This document shows, one piece after another, positions 31,164 to 40,957 of a DNA stretch of 61,663 nucleotides. Within the stretch, counting starts at the first letter, position 1, and each line of letters starts with the position of its first letter. A program made the position numbers and the translations under genes. The DNA comes from an uncultured Clostridium sp. (GTDB lineage: Bacteria; Bacillota; Clostridia; Oscillospirales; CAG-272), in the NCBI GenBank assembly GCA_964526505.1, contig CAZGJC010000005.1, forward strand, positions 1-61,663. The letters run 5' to 3'. The notes under the pieces are model-generated. The model ran no database searches. It was not told the origin of the DNA and saw only the letters and a list, made by a program, of their open reading frames with translations.

Positions 31164-31192
31164 ATTATATCATCTTCTGCAACAAAAGTCAA
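31164..31192 (-). promoter_or_regulatory. sigma-A promoter for the SigH-like gene
   Basis: TTGACT-17bp-TATAAT with an extended TG. Confidence 0.85.
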
Positions 31193-31373
31193 TGACTTTT
31201 TTCAAAGTTTTTACTGCAAATCTAACAAAACGCATGCATATTTGTCTGCTTTCAACAAATCACAGCAAAGCCATTTGTAACACAAATCAAAGAAAACATT
31301 TGGCATTGTTGGTTTTGCACATCGAAAAATTTCAAAATTCGTCAATTTTTTCAGACAAATGTAAGTCACTCCA

Positions 31374-31925
31374 TTACTCAAAAAGAAAGTTTATATTGCC
31401 CGCCACAAGAGACACTATGCCTCTGTAAACAATTTCCGGATGTTCCCTGAAATTGTCTTCCATTTTTTGAGCAAATTGGTAGTTGTCAACTACCAATGAT
31501 GTTGTAAGAATAGGAGTGTTTTTTTCATTTACGGTGCATATCACGTCAAATCTTCCGTCGTCACGTTTTTCAATCTTGCACGAGATGTCAATACCTCGCT
31601 TTCTGAAATCCAAATAACGTAAAGCACACGATAATCCCTTTTGCAACAGAGCCATATGAATTTCTCCGTGCAATTCATTTGCAATAAGCCTTCCCTTTGA
31701 ACTGACAACGTAAAGGTCGTCTCCGTCGTCGTTTTGACCGTATACTTCTATAAGACCAACGTCAAGCATTTCGTGAAAACTTTCTGCGAAATCCAGGTAT
31801 AAGACGTAATCATTTTGCATAACTATATCGTTTATGGTAATATAGTCCATTGGATAGTTTATATTTTGCATAAGATAGAGAACAAATATTTTAACATTTT
31901 GCTTTCCGCCAACAAGTGAACCCAT
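31374..31925 (-). CDS. DUF4364-like winged-helix protein
   Basis: KIFVLYLM..INYP, Y....KG, ENFREHPEIVYRGI resemble DUF4364. Confidence 0.65.
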   Translation of the reverse strand: MGSLVGGKQNVKIFVLYLMQNINYPMDYITINDIVMQNDYVLYLDFAESFHEMLDVGLIEVYGQNDDGDDLYVVSSKGRLIANELHGEIHMALLQKGLSCALRYLDFRKRGIDISCKIEKRDDGRFDVICTVNEKNTPILTTSLVVDNYQFAQKMEDNFREHPEIVYRGIVSLVAGNINFLFE

Positions 31926-31967
31926 TCATTTTTCTCCTTTTGGTAATGGATTGATATCAATAGTAAC

Positions 31968-31996
31968 ATTTTATCATAAATATATATTTTTTTCAA
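31968..31996 (-). promoter_or_regulatory. sigma-A promoter for the DUF4364-like gene
   Basis: TTGAAA-17bp-TAAAAT with an extended TG. Confidence 0.65.
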
Positions 31997-32005
31997 TAGT
32001 AAAGG

Positions 32006-32034
32006 TTGCATTTTTCCAAAAAATATGATATCAT
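32006..32034 (+). promoter_or_regulatory. sigma-A promoter for hom
   Basis: TTGCAT-17bp-TATCAT with an extended TG. Confidence 0.65.
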
Positions 32035-32092
32035 AATGTGTAGTGCGAAAAATACAATTAGAATTTGTCCATAAAACACGGAAGGAATAAAT

Positions 32093-33289
32093 ATGAAAAA
32101 AATTGCCATATTGGGCTTTGGCACCGTTGGTTCAGGCGTTGCGGAAGTTCTTACAAAAAATAAAGATATAATTTCAAAAAAAGTCGGAGAATCCATTGAG
32201 ATCAAGTATATACTCGATCTCCGTGACTTCCCGACAAGTCCATTTGGTCATCTTGTAATTCACGATATAAATATTATTTTAAATGACCCCGAAATTTCAA
32301 TTGTTGTCGAAATGATGGGAGGATCACACCCGGCATATGATTTCTCAAAATCATGTTTGAAAGCAGGAAAAAACGTTGTAACCTCCAACAAAGAAGTTGT
32401 GGCAAAATACGGATATGACCTTGTTAATACTGCCAAAGACCACGGCGTGTCATATCTGTTCGAAGCCAGTGTGGGCGGAGGTATACCGATAATACGCCCC
32501 ATTTGCAACGACCTTTCTTCAAACAATATATCTGAAATAAGCGGAATCCTCAATGGCACAACAAACTTCATATTGACAAAAATGGACAAGCAAGGCACGG
32601 CATTTTCAGATGTTCTCGCCGAGGCTCAGGCACTTGGTTATGCCGAGGCTAACCCTACCGCAGATGTTGATGGTATTGATGCGGCAAGAAAAATTGTTAT
32701 TCTTTCTGCCCTCACCCTCGGAAAACTTGTAAATCCCGAAAGTATTCACACCGAAGGAATAACAAAAATATCGCCTACTGCCGTGAAAATCGCAAAAGAA
32801 CTCGGATACTCAGTGAAACTTATAGGACACACAAAGAAAATACACGACAAGATACTCTGTATGGTGTCCCCGAGACTTGTTCCGTATCAAAATCCACTAT
32901 CAAACGTTGACGGAGTATTCAACGGAATACTTGTCTGCGGTGATATGGTTGGAGAAGTGATGTTCTACGGTCCCGGTGCGGGCAAACATCCAACGGCAAG
33001 TGCAGTTTGTGCAGATATAATTGACGTTGCAATCAACGGGGGGAATATTTCACTACCGGAATTTACAGTTGCCAAAGACAGCGACCTTCTTGATTTCGGT
33101 TCATATGAATGCAAACGGCTTTTCATCGTCGATAAACACACTGACCTTTCAAAATTCGAAAATATCATATCACAAGAAGAACACAGTGGCTTTATGTGCA
33201 TTACCGTTGACAATATGAGTGAGCAAAGTGTTGAAACTCTTTTGTCCGATTCAACTCTCAAAATTCACGAATCTTTGAGAATTTTATAA
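32093..33289 (+). CDS. hom: homoserine dehydrogenase
   Basis: GFGTVGSGV, FEASVGGGIPII, GILNGTTNFIL, GYAEANPTADVDGIDAARK. Confidence 0.96.
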   Translation: MKKIAILGFGTVGSGVAEVLTKNKDIISKKVGESIEIKYILDLRDFPTSPFGHLVIHDINIILNDPEISIVVEMMGGSHPAYDFSKSCLKAGKNVVTSNKEVVAKYGYDLVNTAKDHGVSYLFEASVGGGIPIIRPICNDLSSNNISEISGILNGTTNFILTKMDKQGTAFSDVLAEAQALGYAEANPTADVDGIDAARKIVILSALTLGKLVNPESIHTEGITKISPTAVKIAKELGYSVKLIGHTKKIHDKILCMVSPRLVPYQNPLSNVDGVFNGILVCGDMVGEVMFYGPGAGKHPTASAVCADIIDVAINGGNISLPEFTVAKDSDLLDFGSYECKRLFIVDKHTDLSKFENIISQEEHSGFMCITVDNMSEQSVETLLSDSTLKIHESLRIL

Positions 33290-33347
33290 AACAATCTGAT
33301 TTATCGGGACGTAAAAATGCATTAAAATTTATTATTAGGATATTATA

Positions 33348-34085
33348 ATGAAAAAAAACACCTTTTTACTCACCGTCGTAGGCACTTTCAGTGCCGTTGT
33401 TCTTACTGTAATTTACGCATGTATTATGACGGGAATTACAAAATTATCATTCTCCGTACGTTTGGGAGATGAGGCATCATTCGCATTGATTGAAAACACT
33501 GTATCATATATTCCAATCGGATTTCTCATTTTCGAAATAATCTTTTTTGTCTGGCTATTCTCATCTTTGGCTCAGGACAAAAACAGTACTCAGGATGCAA
33601 AACTTCTCGGCTCGAAAAACACTCCGAGTAAAACAAAGTTATCAATAACCAATATTGCGAAAATATCTGCCGTCATAGGAGTTATAATACTAATTTTACT
33701 TATCATTGTAAATGTCAACGTTTACACAGAATTTACACCGAATGTAGTAAAAGACAAAACATTTTTCAAAGAAAAAGAGTATACTTATACTGACGTTTAC
33801 AGATATTCTTTTTCATGTGATGAGAATGCAACTTTGAAATATACTGTTCAAATGCGTGATGGTACATCATTTGAACTTCTGCAAACCACAAATTCATGCT
33901 CCGATAAGTTTATTGAAGAATACGGTGATATGCTTTCATTCGCAGGTTATTTGAGCGAAAAATTCGACAACGGTGAAATCACTGTTTTAAAAGAAATTAA
34001 AGGCATTGAATACATGAAAGAATATTATGGCAACACAAACTCAACTTGGAACAAGTTGAATAAAATAATAGGCAATGCAGACTAA
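33348..34085 (+). CDS. hypothetical membrane protein (3 TMs plus a soluble C-terminal domain)
   Basis: 245-aa ORF following hom and ending at a terminator; no family recognised. Confidence 0.75.
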   Translation: MKKNTFLLTVVGTFSAVVLTVIYACIMTGITKLSFSVRLGDEASFALIENTVSYIPIGFLIFEIIFFVWLFSSLAQDKNSTQDAKLLGSKNTPSKTKLSITNIAKISAVIGVIILILLIIVNVNVYTEFTPNVVKDKTFFKEKEYTYTDVYRYSFSCDENATLKYTVQMRDGTSFELLQTTNSCSDKFIEEYGDMLSFAGYLSEKFDNGEITVLKEIKGIEYMKEYYGNTNSTWNKLNKIIGNAD

Positions 34086-34125
34086 AAAAATCAAGGTGTT
34101 CAACATAGGAACACCTTGATTTTTT
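34085..34125. terminator. bidirectional intrinsic terminator
   Basis: AAAAAATCAAGGTGTTC-AACATAG-GAACACCTTGATTTTTT between convergent genes. Confidence 0.9.
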
Positions 34126-35344
34126 AATTATCACCCTTAATTTTTTTCCAGTACTCCTCGGCCGCTTTTTCGGTTTTATTAGTCCCGAAAACATAGTATT
34201 TTTTTCCTTTCAAATCATTTGGCAGATATTGTTGTTCAACGTAATGATTCGGATAATCGTGCGGATATTTATATCCCTTAAACAACGGACTTTGCAAATG
34301 TACCGGAGGTACGAGCCCGAGACCTGATTTAATATCCTCACTTGCCTCGGCATAGGCCATATAAGACGAATTGGATTTAGGAGCGGTTGCCAAAACCATA
34401 GCGGCATGCATAAGTGGTATTCGTGCCTCGGGCATACCGAGTTCTCTCGCCGAATCGCAACACGCCTTGACAATTACCGGTGCAATTGGATACGCAAGTC
34501 CGATATCCTCCGATGCAATCACTTGAAGACGCCTACATATCGATATGATATCTCCCTGTTCGAGCATTTTGGTAACGTAAAAAGCGGTGGCGTCAGGATC
34601 TGACCCCCTTATGGATTTTTGCAAACAACCAAGCATATCATAATGGGTATCGTCGTTGTAGTTTCCGACTCCAAACACAAATTCTTTTGCATCAGATACG
34701 GTTATCTCATCTTCTGATGCAAAAAAAGCATTTTCAAACAACACAATGGAGCGTCGCGCATCTCCCCTCGACGCTTTCGATATATACTCCATAGCCTCGG
34801 GACTTACCGTTTTTTGAGTTGAATTTTCATTGTTCAGATAGTCAAGAGCCTTATAAAGAGATTTTTGAATATCCTTATATCCTACCGGTTTAAATTCAAA
34901 AAGCGATGATCGTGATATGACCGCATTATACACGTAAAAATGAGGATTTTCCGTTGTCGATGCAATCAAAGTAACCCTACCGTCCTCTATGTATTCGAGT
35001 AAGGCTTGTTGTTGCTTGCGGTTAAAATACTGTATTTCATCAATATATAGCAGTACTCCCGACGCCCCGAGCAAATTCGATGAAGAATATAAAACATCCT
35101 TAACATCCGACAGACTTGCATTGGTAGCATTGATTTTGTGAAAATTCATCCCCGATATTTTTGCGATGATTCCTGCGGCGGTAGTCTTTCCCGTTCCGGG
35201 AGGACCGTAAAAAATCATATTTGTTATTCTTCCGGAGTTTAGCATTCTGCGTATAACACCTTTTTCTCCGAAAAGATGTGCTTGACCCACAATATCATCC
35301 ATATTTTGCGGACGCAAAATATCCGCAAGTTGTTCACTTCTCAT
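34124..35344 (-). CDS. rarA: replication-associated recombination protein A (RarA/MgsA)
   Basis: LADILRP, GPPGTGKTT, STTENP, KSIRGSDPDA, SEDIGLA, YKYPHDY; start at 35344 (GGAGA RBS). Confidence 0.95.
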   Translation of the reverse strand: MRSEQLADILRPQNMDDIVGQAHLFGEKGVIRRMLNSGRITNMIFYGPPGTGKTTAAGIIAKISGMNFHKINATNASLSDVKDVLYSSSNLLGASGVLLYIDEIQYFNRKQQQALLEYIEDGRVTLIASTTENPHFYVYNAVISRSSLFEFKPVGYKDIQKSLYKALDYLNNENSTQKTVSPEAMEYISKASRGDARRSIVLFENAFFASEDEITVSDAKEFVFGVGNYNDDTHYDMLGCLQKSIRGSDPDATAFYVTKMLEQGDIISICRRLQVIASEDIGLAYPIAPVIVKACCDSARELGMPEARIPLMHAAMVLATAPKSNSSYMAYAEASEDIKSGLGLVPPVHLQSPLFKGYKYPHDYPNHYVEQQYLPNDLKGKKYYVFGTNKTEKAAEEYWKKIKGDN

Positions 35345-35387
35345 TTGTTTCTCCAAGTTCCGACCGTAAATCAAGGTCATTCAATAA

Positions 35388-35415
35388 TGCCTCCGTCGCA
35401 TACACGTCGGAGGCA
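35388..35415 (-). terminator. probable terminator hairpin after the ferredoxin-TlpA gene
   Basis: TGCCTCCG...CGGAGGCA stem; the U-tail on the minus strand is weak, so read-through into rarA is possible. Confidence 0.5.
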
Positions 35416-35425
35416 CATTTTGTTT

Positions 35426-37000
35426 TCATTTAGTGTTTGTAAGTGCTTTTTCAACTATGTCTTTGAGTTCTTGATATTCAATCGAACCCTCGCATCTAAA
35501 CACAATAACACCTTCCGCATCAATTACAAATGTCATCGGCCACGCCACTTCTCCGCCGAGTTTTGTGTAATAACTGTCTGACGGATCCTTCGCAACAATC
35601 ATATTGCTTCCCGGGAACTCATTATTAATATATTCTCCACCTTCTTCTATGTTGTTGTCGGAATGAACCGCAACAACCACAACACTGTCTGAATATTCCG
35701 ATGCAATCCTATTAAAATGCGGTAATTCCTGAACGCAAGGTCCACACCAAGTACCCCAGAAATTGATAACCGTAACCTTGCCCTTTGTGTCGGCAAGACT
35801 GAACGTTTCACCGTCAACATATGTATCAAGTCTCATTTCAGGGCAGAGATTTCCAACCTGGTTGCCATATTCTTTTTCAATGATTACGTCGTCATTACCG
35901 GACGTTTCCGTCTCTGACGGGTTGCTGTTGTCACTTGACGACATATCGTAAAATACGTTATAGTAAAGCAATGCGGAAATAAGAAGTACAGCCATAGCGG
36001 AAATAACCGTAATTATAATTGCTTTCTTTCTCTTTTCGACCTTTACCTTGTTCTCTTCGACTTTTGCATCGTATTCAGGTGTGCCTATGGGCGTTGTTTC
36101 CTTGTTAATTCCCGCCTCAACGTTCAAAAAGACTTTGGTACCCTTCCAAGAAATAGCACCTGTCGGACAGGAATCCATACATTCCCCACAACTTATACAT
36201 TCCTGATCCCCAACGTGATTTATATCCATTTTACACTTTTCTACACATATTCCGCAAGAAATACATTTTGAATTATCGAGTTTAATTCCGAAAAATGAAA
36301 TTTTGTTAAATAAACCGTAAATTGCACCAAGTGGGCAGAAGAAACGACAGAAAAATCTGAATATAAATATAGCACCTGTCACAAAACTCACAAGAAGAAT
36401 AAACTTCCACGTAAATATCGGACCGAGCATGGAAAACCAACTTGCGTTTACCTTATTTGCAAGCAATCCCATTGCACCTTCAAGCGTTCCTGCCGGACAA
36501 ATGTATTTGCAGAATCCCGGCAACGGCACACTCTTGAACATGTACATAAGCGGGAAAATCACAACAAACACAACAAGAATGACATATTTCAGATAAGAAA
36601 GTATTCTTGTAACCCTGTTTTTCTTCAATTTTGGAGTTTTGATTTTATGTAATAATTCTTGAATAAGTCCAAAAGGACAAAGGAACGAACATATCCAACG
36701 TCCCGCAATAATTCCATATAAAGCGATTATACCGAACATATAGTACGGTAATCTTTTATTAGAACTTGCAAGCGAATTTTGCAAAGCCCCAAGAGGGCAA
36801 GCTCCGGATGCACCCGGACACGAATAACAGTTAAGACCGGGAGTACATATATTTTTAAGCGGTCCCTTGTATATGGTACCCTTTATAAAACCCTTTATGT
36901 TAGCATTAAAAAGCAGTGCCGCATATAAATTTATGATTCTTCTTTTGGTCGGCTTATGTGCTTTAAACCAATCTTTTATTTTATTTAACGTTTTCTTCAT
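35426..37000 (-). CDS. polytopic 4Fe-4S binding protein (NapH/YccM-like) fused to a C-terminal TlpA/thioredoxin domain
   Basis: CYSCP, three CxxxCP motifs, two CxxCxxCxxxC ferredoxin motifs, an extra TM, an acidic linker, then VINFWGTWCGPCVQELP and the cis-Pro motif AWPMT; start at 37000. Confidence 0.9.
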   Translation of the reverse strand: MKKTLNKIKDWFKAHKPTKRRIINLYAALLFNANIKGFIKGTIYKGPLKNICTPGLNCYSCPGASGACPLGALQNSLASSNKRLPYYMFGIIALYGIIAGRWICSFLCPFGLIQELLHKIKTPKLKKNRVTRILSYLKYVILVVFVVIFPLMYMFKSVPLPGFCKYICPAGTLEGAMGLLANKVNASWFSMLGPIFTWKFILLVSFVTGAIFIFRFFCRFFCPLGAIYGLFNKISFFGIKLDNSKCISCGICVEKCKMDINHVGDQECISCGECMDSCPTGAISWKGTKVFLNVEAGINKETTPIGTPEYDAKVEENKVKVEKRKKAIIITVISAMAVLLISALLYYNVFYDMSSSDNSNPSETETSGNDDVIIEKEYGNQVGNLCPEMRLDTYVDGETFSLADTKGKVTVINFWGTWCGPCVQELPHFNRIASEYSDSVVVVAVHSDNNIEEGGEYINNEFPGSNMIVAKDPSDSYYTKLGGEVAWPMTFVIDAEGVIVFRCEGSIEYQELKDIVEKALTNTK

Positions 37001-37002
37001 TT

Positions 37003-37797
37003 TCAGCCCAATCCTATACATTCAGTGCAAAGTCGTATTGCTTTGCCGAGTACGTCTGCCATACCGCCGTTGATAATTCCCACAATGACAAATGTAAGTG
37101 CAACAACTAAAACCACGATACGCACTCCGCAACGTATATGTTCCTTTTTATGTTCCAATACCGATTTATCCGAATTTTGTACAATATATTTGTGTGAAAT
37201 TGCCTCCTTGAGCAAGGCAACTTCCGAAATTTTGCTTTCATGGCATATTATACTGCACGCAAGGCAAAAAATCAATGCAACCACGCACCAAACAAGTACA
37301 ATAGCAACAGCCGGTATAATACTGCCGTTTATATCGTATTTCTCGTAATTTGAGGGGTTTGCTATACGAATAAGCGGAAAAATAGCGGTTAGCGTACATA
37401 TTGCGGTGCAAATAATCATTGCGATTTTACGTTTTTTGCGTTCGTATTTAATTTTCTTTGAAAGTTCAGCCTCACAAAGATTTAAGTCGACTTTTTCGGC
37501 AAATCTCTGTCTCATCATTGAATAATTCTTTGATTTTTTGCCAATATTCGCTTTACCCTCTTTTAAGGGCAAAAAAATCGACAAAATAAGTCCACCCAAA
37601 ATCAACGCAATAAAAATATAAATAGCAACCGAAATCTTAGATAACTGTGCAATAACAATTTCACGTGTGAAATTTGCGTGTGTGCTGTGATATATTCCAT
37701 AGCAAGATAATATAAGGCTTAAAGCCGTTATTGTCGTAGATGCCGATAGAAAAATACCGTAAAGAATATGTATGAGTTTTATTTTCTTTTCAGACAT
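37003..37797 (-). CDS. multi-pass membrane protein ending in a CxxC motif (C-terminus resembles the small CD1871A-type CXXC proteins)
   Basis: About 5 TMs; C-terminus GIINGGMADVLGKAIRLCTECIGLG; its stop lies 2 nt before the ferredoxin gene start. The family name is recalled, not searched. Confidence 0.75.
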   Translation of the reverse strand: MSEKKIKLIHILYGIFLSASTTITALSLILSCYGIYHSTHANFTREIVIAQLSKISVAIYIFIALILGGLILSIFLPLKEGKANIGKKSKNYSMMRQRFAEKVDLNLCEAELSKKIKYERKKRKIAMIICTAICTLTAIFPLIRIANPSNYEKYDINGSIIPAVAIVLVWCVVALIFCLACSIICHESKISEVALLKEAISHKYIVQNSDKSVLEHKKEHIRCGVRIVVLVVALTFVIVGIINGGMADVLGKAIRLCTECIGLG

Positions 37798-37832
37798 GTA
37801 TCATTCTCCGTTTCAAATTTAAATACCATATA

Positions 37833-37861
37833 ATTATATCACATTATACATACAAAGTCAA
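37833..37861 (-). promoter_or_regulatory. sigma-A promoter for the CxxC/ferredoxin-TlpA pair
   Basis: TTGACT-17bp-TATAAT with an extended TG. Confidence 0.85.
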
Positions 37862-37893
37862 TATTTTTCGGTCAAAGTATGGTTTATTTCAGC

Positions 37894-37938
37894 AAAAAAT
37901 CGGCTTGTTCGATGATTACCGCACAAGCCGATTTTTTT
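37894..37938 (-). terminator. intrinsic terminator after the TlpA lipoprotein gene
   Basis: AAAAAATCGGCTTGT...ACAAGCCGATTTTTT. Confidence 0.85.
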
Positions 37939-37945
37939 ATTTTAA

Positions 37946-40849
37946 TTATGCGTTTGAACCCGGTCCGTAATGCCTATAAAAGAAACAAAGTTTAGTCCAA
38001 GAATGTTCCGCTTCAAGCGAATACGTATCCATAAACACTTGAAGTAACTCCGCAAGTTCTTCCGTTACCGCAATGCAACCATTAAGTTCTTCATTATCAC
38101 TGTTGGTAATAAGTTGCTCTGCATATTCCTGCATTTCGGCAGTACGATCGCCTATACCGTGATATATACCGTTCATAACATCATCTATAAGATCACGGCG
38201 TTGCTCGTATTTATAAGATTTGCCATTACCTTGACTTTTTTCGTCTTCGGTCTGCCAAAGTTCTATAAATCCGGTTTCAATATCCGTTCCGGACTGTTCG
38301 AATTGCTCGAGATACATTTCAATCTCTATATCCAACGCTGTCTTTTGGAAATCAAATGCTCCGCTCTTTATGCCTTCAAGAATGGTATTTTCGAACAAAT
38401 AAGCAACCCCAAAATCCGCATAAAGCACGGGACCAGCTGTGCCGTCGGGATTCTTGGCGTAATACAAACCGTCCTCACCTAAGATTACATCGACACCACC
38501 CGCATCAGGCTTGCCGAACATATCAAGATTGCCGTTTTCGTCATCCGCCATCGTATAATAATTGTTAGAAGCAAGCGTAAATACATCGGCAGTTTCGCCC
38601 ATATAATCTATGTGGAACTCAATCGTGCCATATGCATAGTAGTCATAGTACCAAATGTTTACATAATACGTTTTCCCTGCTTCCATATACGTATATATTG
38701 ATGTGTTATTTTCATCTGTCACAGGATTCTTTTCAATCCACTCATATCCGTGGATATCACTGAGATTTTCATCCGTAACCATACCTTCAGTCATTATATA
38801 ATCACCACTTATGAGAGTGTCTTTGGTGCTGTAAGAAGTAACCCTGTACGCTCCCGATACTTCGGGAATAAATTTGAAATAGTATCCTCTCGGATTTAAA
38901 ACACGGGTATATGTTGCATAGTTAGCACCGAGTTTACCTTCATAAGCGGAAAAAGTTGTAAGACCTTTTATCGGGTCGCTAATATGTTCAACTCCCACAC
39001 CATACGAGTCATAGTATGCACAAAGTTGAAGCCATTGATTTTCCTCTCCCTTTTCCTGTCCGAGTGTTTCAACAACAACTTCAAGTATCTTTTTGAGTTC
39101 ATAAGTCACTGTACTGTAACCCTCGATAGACGAGTTTGCAGCATAAATTGAGTAACTTACAAATTTGTCCAACAAATCATTGTCAAATTTGTCACTGTAC
39201 TCTACCACAAGTTCATATATGGAGTCGTTAGCAAAAACGTTATCCGTTGTCATACTTGCAAGAAGAAGGGGTCCGTCAGAAGCACCGACGTGATAATAAC
39301 CGTCATTTCCAAGCACATAGGAAATATAGTTGTTGTATCCCGTACCCACATCATTGAAATCTGTTGCCGCCCATCTGAAAATGTGTACAGGCTCCAAGAT
39401 TTCATCAACACTGTTCAAAACACGAAGATTATTAATGTAAACAGTATCATCTCCCACAGAACCCGAGCTGTCTTTCATATAGTGAAGTGCCAATTTGTAA
39501 GTTCCGTCATTCAAAGCAACGTACGCATATTCCGTTTCCCATTGACTGCTCCGTCCCGAAATCTCGTGAATCAACTGACCATCTACATAAACATACAATA
39601 TGTCCTTGTCTTCTTCACAAGATGACCAATAATCAAACGCAATCGCTTGACCCGCTTCAAGTTTTATGTCGACGTATATTGATGCATACGAACTGTTTTT
39701 ACCGCTATTGGATGCCATAATTGCAGGTTTACCACCTTTCACAATGTCATTTCCGTCTTTATCTTTCGTTACAAAAGGCCAAGCGTACTCACTGTCGTAT
39801 GGCGTATATGTCCATCCCTTGTCGGGAGATATAACACTGTTAATCTCGTCGGAAGAAGGCATCTCAATTCCCTCATCGGAAGGCTTCGGCTTCGGAGTAA
39901 GAATAGACGGGTCTTCTATAATCTGCTGATGATATTCATCGCCGGTAAACCAGGCAATTATTGCGGCGAAACCGTCGTATGAGGTGTATCCCTCAACTTT
40001 AAGGCAAACAACACCATATCTGTCAATTACAACCGTTGTAGGATAGCCGGCTATTGCGAAAGCGTCAACAAGAGTTCTGTCCTCATCATATCCCATCGGG
40101 AAAGAAAGACCACCCTCATATGTCTTCTTATAATCCTCGATTGCCTCGTTATCATCTTGCGGCGAAAGAGCAAGAATTTCCATAAAGTCTATATTTTCCG
40201 TATATGCAAGACTCATATCGGGCATTTCATACGAACACCAAGTACATCCGTCATACCAGAAATTGAGGAGGAACATATCCTTCTCTTTTAAGGATTCCGA
40301 AAGAGTTATTTCTTTGCCGTCAGATGTCGTATAGGTGAAATCGTGCATTACGTCGCCCAATTTGTAAGACGACGGTGACGTTCCGTCTTTGATAACATCC
40401 GAGGAAACCGTAATAGACGCATTTGTTCCGAGGAACGATGCCTTGCTCTCTTCCGCAACGTATCCGTCGGGCAATTTCGAAACAACTGCCGTATATCCGT
40501 TTTTTTTCGTCAAAGAAACCGTAGCAACACCGTTTTCGTTTGTGGTGCCGTATCCGACAGCAGTATCGCCATCATATATCTCTATATCCACACCACTGAG
40601 AGCCATACCGCCCTTTGTGGTTATAGAAACAGAATAATTTGTTTTGTTTTTGTCCTCGTTACCTGCTTGACCGTTTCCTTCACTCGTGTCAACCTCTCCG
40701 GATGTATCACTTTCCGTATTCTGTGTGGTTTCGGTTTCAGATGGATTATCCGTCTGATCTTTATCACATCCTACAAGGACCGTGGTACAGAGTGTCGCAA
40801 GCATTGAAACAACCAACAAAAGTGAAAGTTTTTGTTTGAATTTTTTCAT
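37946..40849 (-). CDS. large modular lipoprotein with a TlpA/redoxin domain and uncharacterised C-terminal domains
   Basis: Lipobox LVG-C, acidic linker, Ig-like domain, HDFTYTTSDG..LLNFWYDGCTWC..EMP..GYPTTVVIDRYG, then beta-sandwich and repeated domains; start at 40849 (AAGGAG RBS). Confidence 0.85.
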   Translation of the reverse strand: MKKFKQKLSLLLVVSMLATLCTTVLVGCDKDQTDNPSETETTQNTESDTSGEVDTSEGNGQAGNEDKNKTNYSVSITTKGGMALSGVDIEIYDGDTAVGYGTTNENGVATVSLTKKNGYTAVVSKLPDGYVAEESKASFLGTNASITVSSDVIKDGTSPSSYKLGDVMHDFTYTTSDGKEITLSESLKEKDMFLLNFWYDGCTWCSYEMPDMSLAYTENIDFMEILALSPQDDNEAIEDYKKTYEGGLSFPMGYDEDRTLVDAFAIAGYPTTVVIDRYGVVCLKVEGYTSYDGFAAIIAWFTGDEYHQQIIEDPSILTPKPKPSDEGIEMPSSDEINSVISPDKGWTYTPYDSEYAWPFVTKDKDGNDIVKGGKPAIMASNSGKNSSYASIYVDIKLEAGQAIAFDYWSSCEEDKDILYVYVDGQLIHEISGRSSQWETEYAYVALNDGTYKLALHYMKDSSGSVGDDTVYINNLRVLNSVDEILEPVHIFRWAATDFNDVGTGYNNYISYVLGNDGYYHVGASDGPLLLASMTTDNVFANDSIYELVVEYSDKFDNDLLDKFVSYSIYAANSSIEGYSTVTYELKKILEVVVETLGQEKGEENQWLQLCAYYDSYGVGVEHISDPIKGLTTFSAYEGKLGANYATYTRVLNPRGYYFKFIPEVSGAYRVTSYSTKDTLISGDYIMTEGMVTDENLSDIHGYEWIEKNPVTDENNTSIYTYMEAGKTYYVNIWYYDYYAYGTIEFHIDYMGETADVFTLASNNYYTMADDENGNLDMFGKPDAGGVDVILGEDGLYYAKNPDGTAGPVLYADFGVAYLFENTILEGIKSGAFDFQKTALDIEIEMYLEQFEQSGTDIETGFIELWQTEDEKSQGNGKSYKYEQRRDLIDDVMNGIYHGIGDRTAEMQEYAEQLITNSDNEELNGCIAVTEELAELLQVFMDTYSLEAEHSWTKLCFFYRHYGPGSNA

Positions 40850-40957
40850 AATCATTCTCCTTGCTTTTCTGATGGGGTTAAAGTTGTCTTCCTATTATTA
40901 TAATGCAACGCATATGGAAAAATCCGTATGTTGTAACAGAAAAACATTATTTATGAT

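Noticed and set aside
37003-37005. TGA after CTECIGLG as a possible selenocysteine codon
   Set aside because: The motif naturally ends the protein, the CxxC is already complete, and the next gene starts 2 nt later in another frame.
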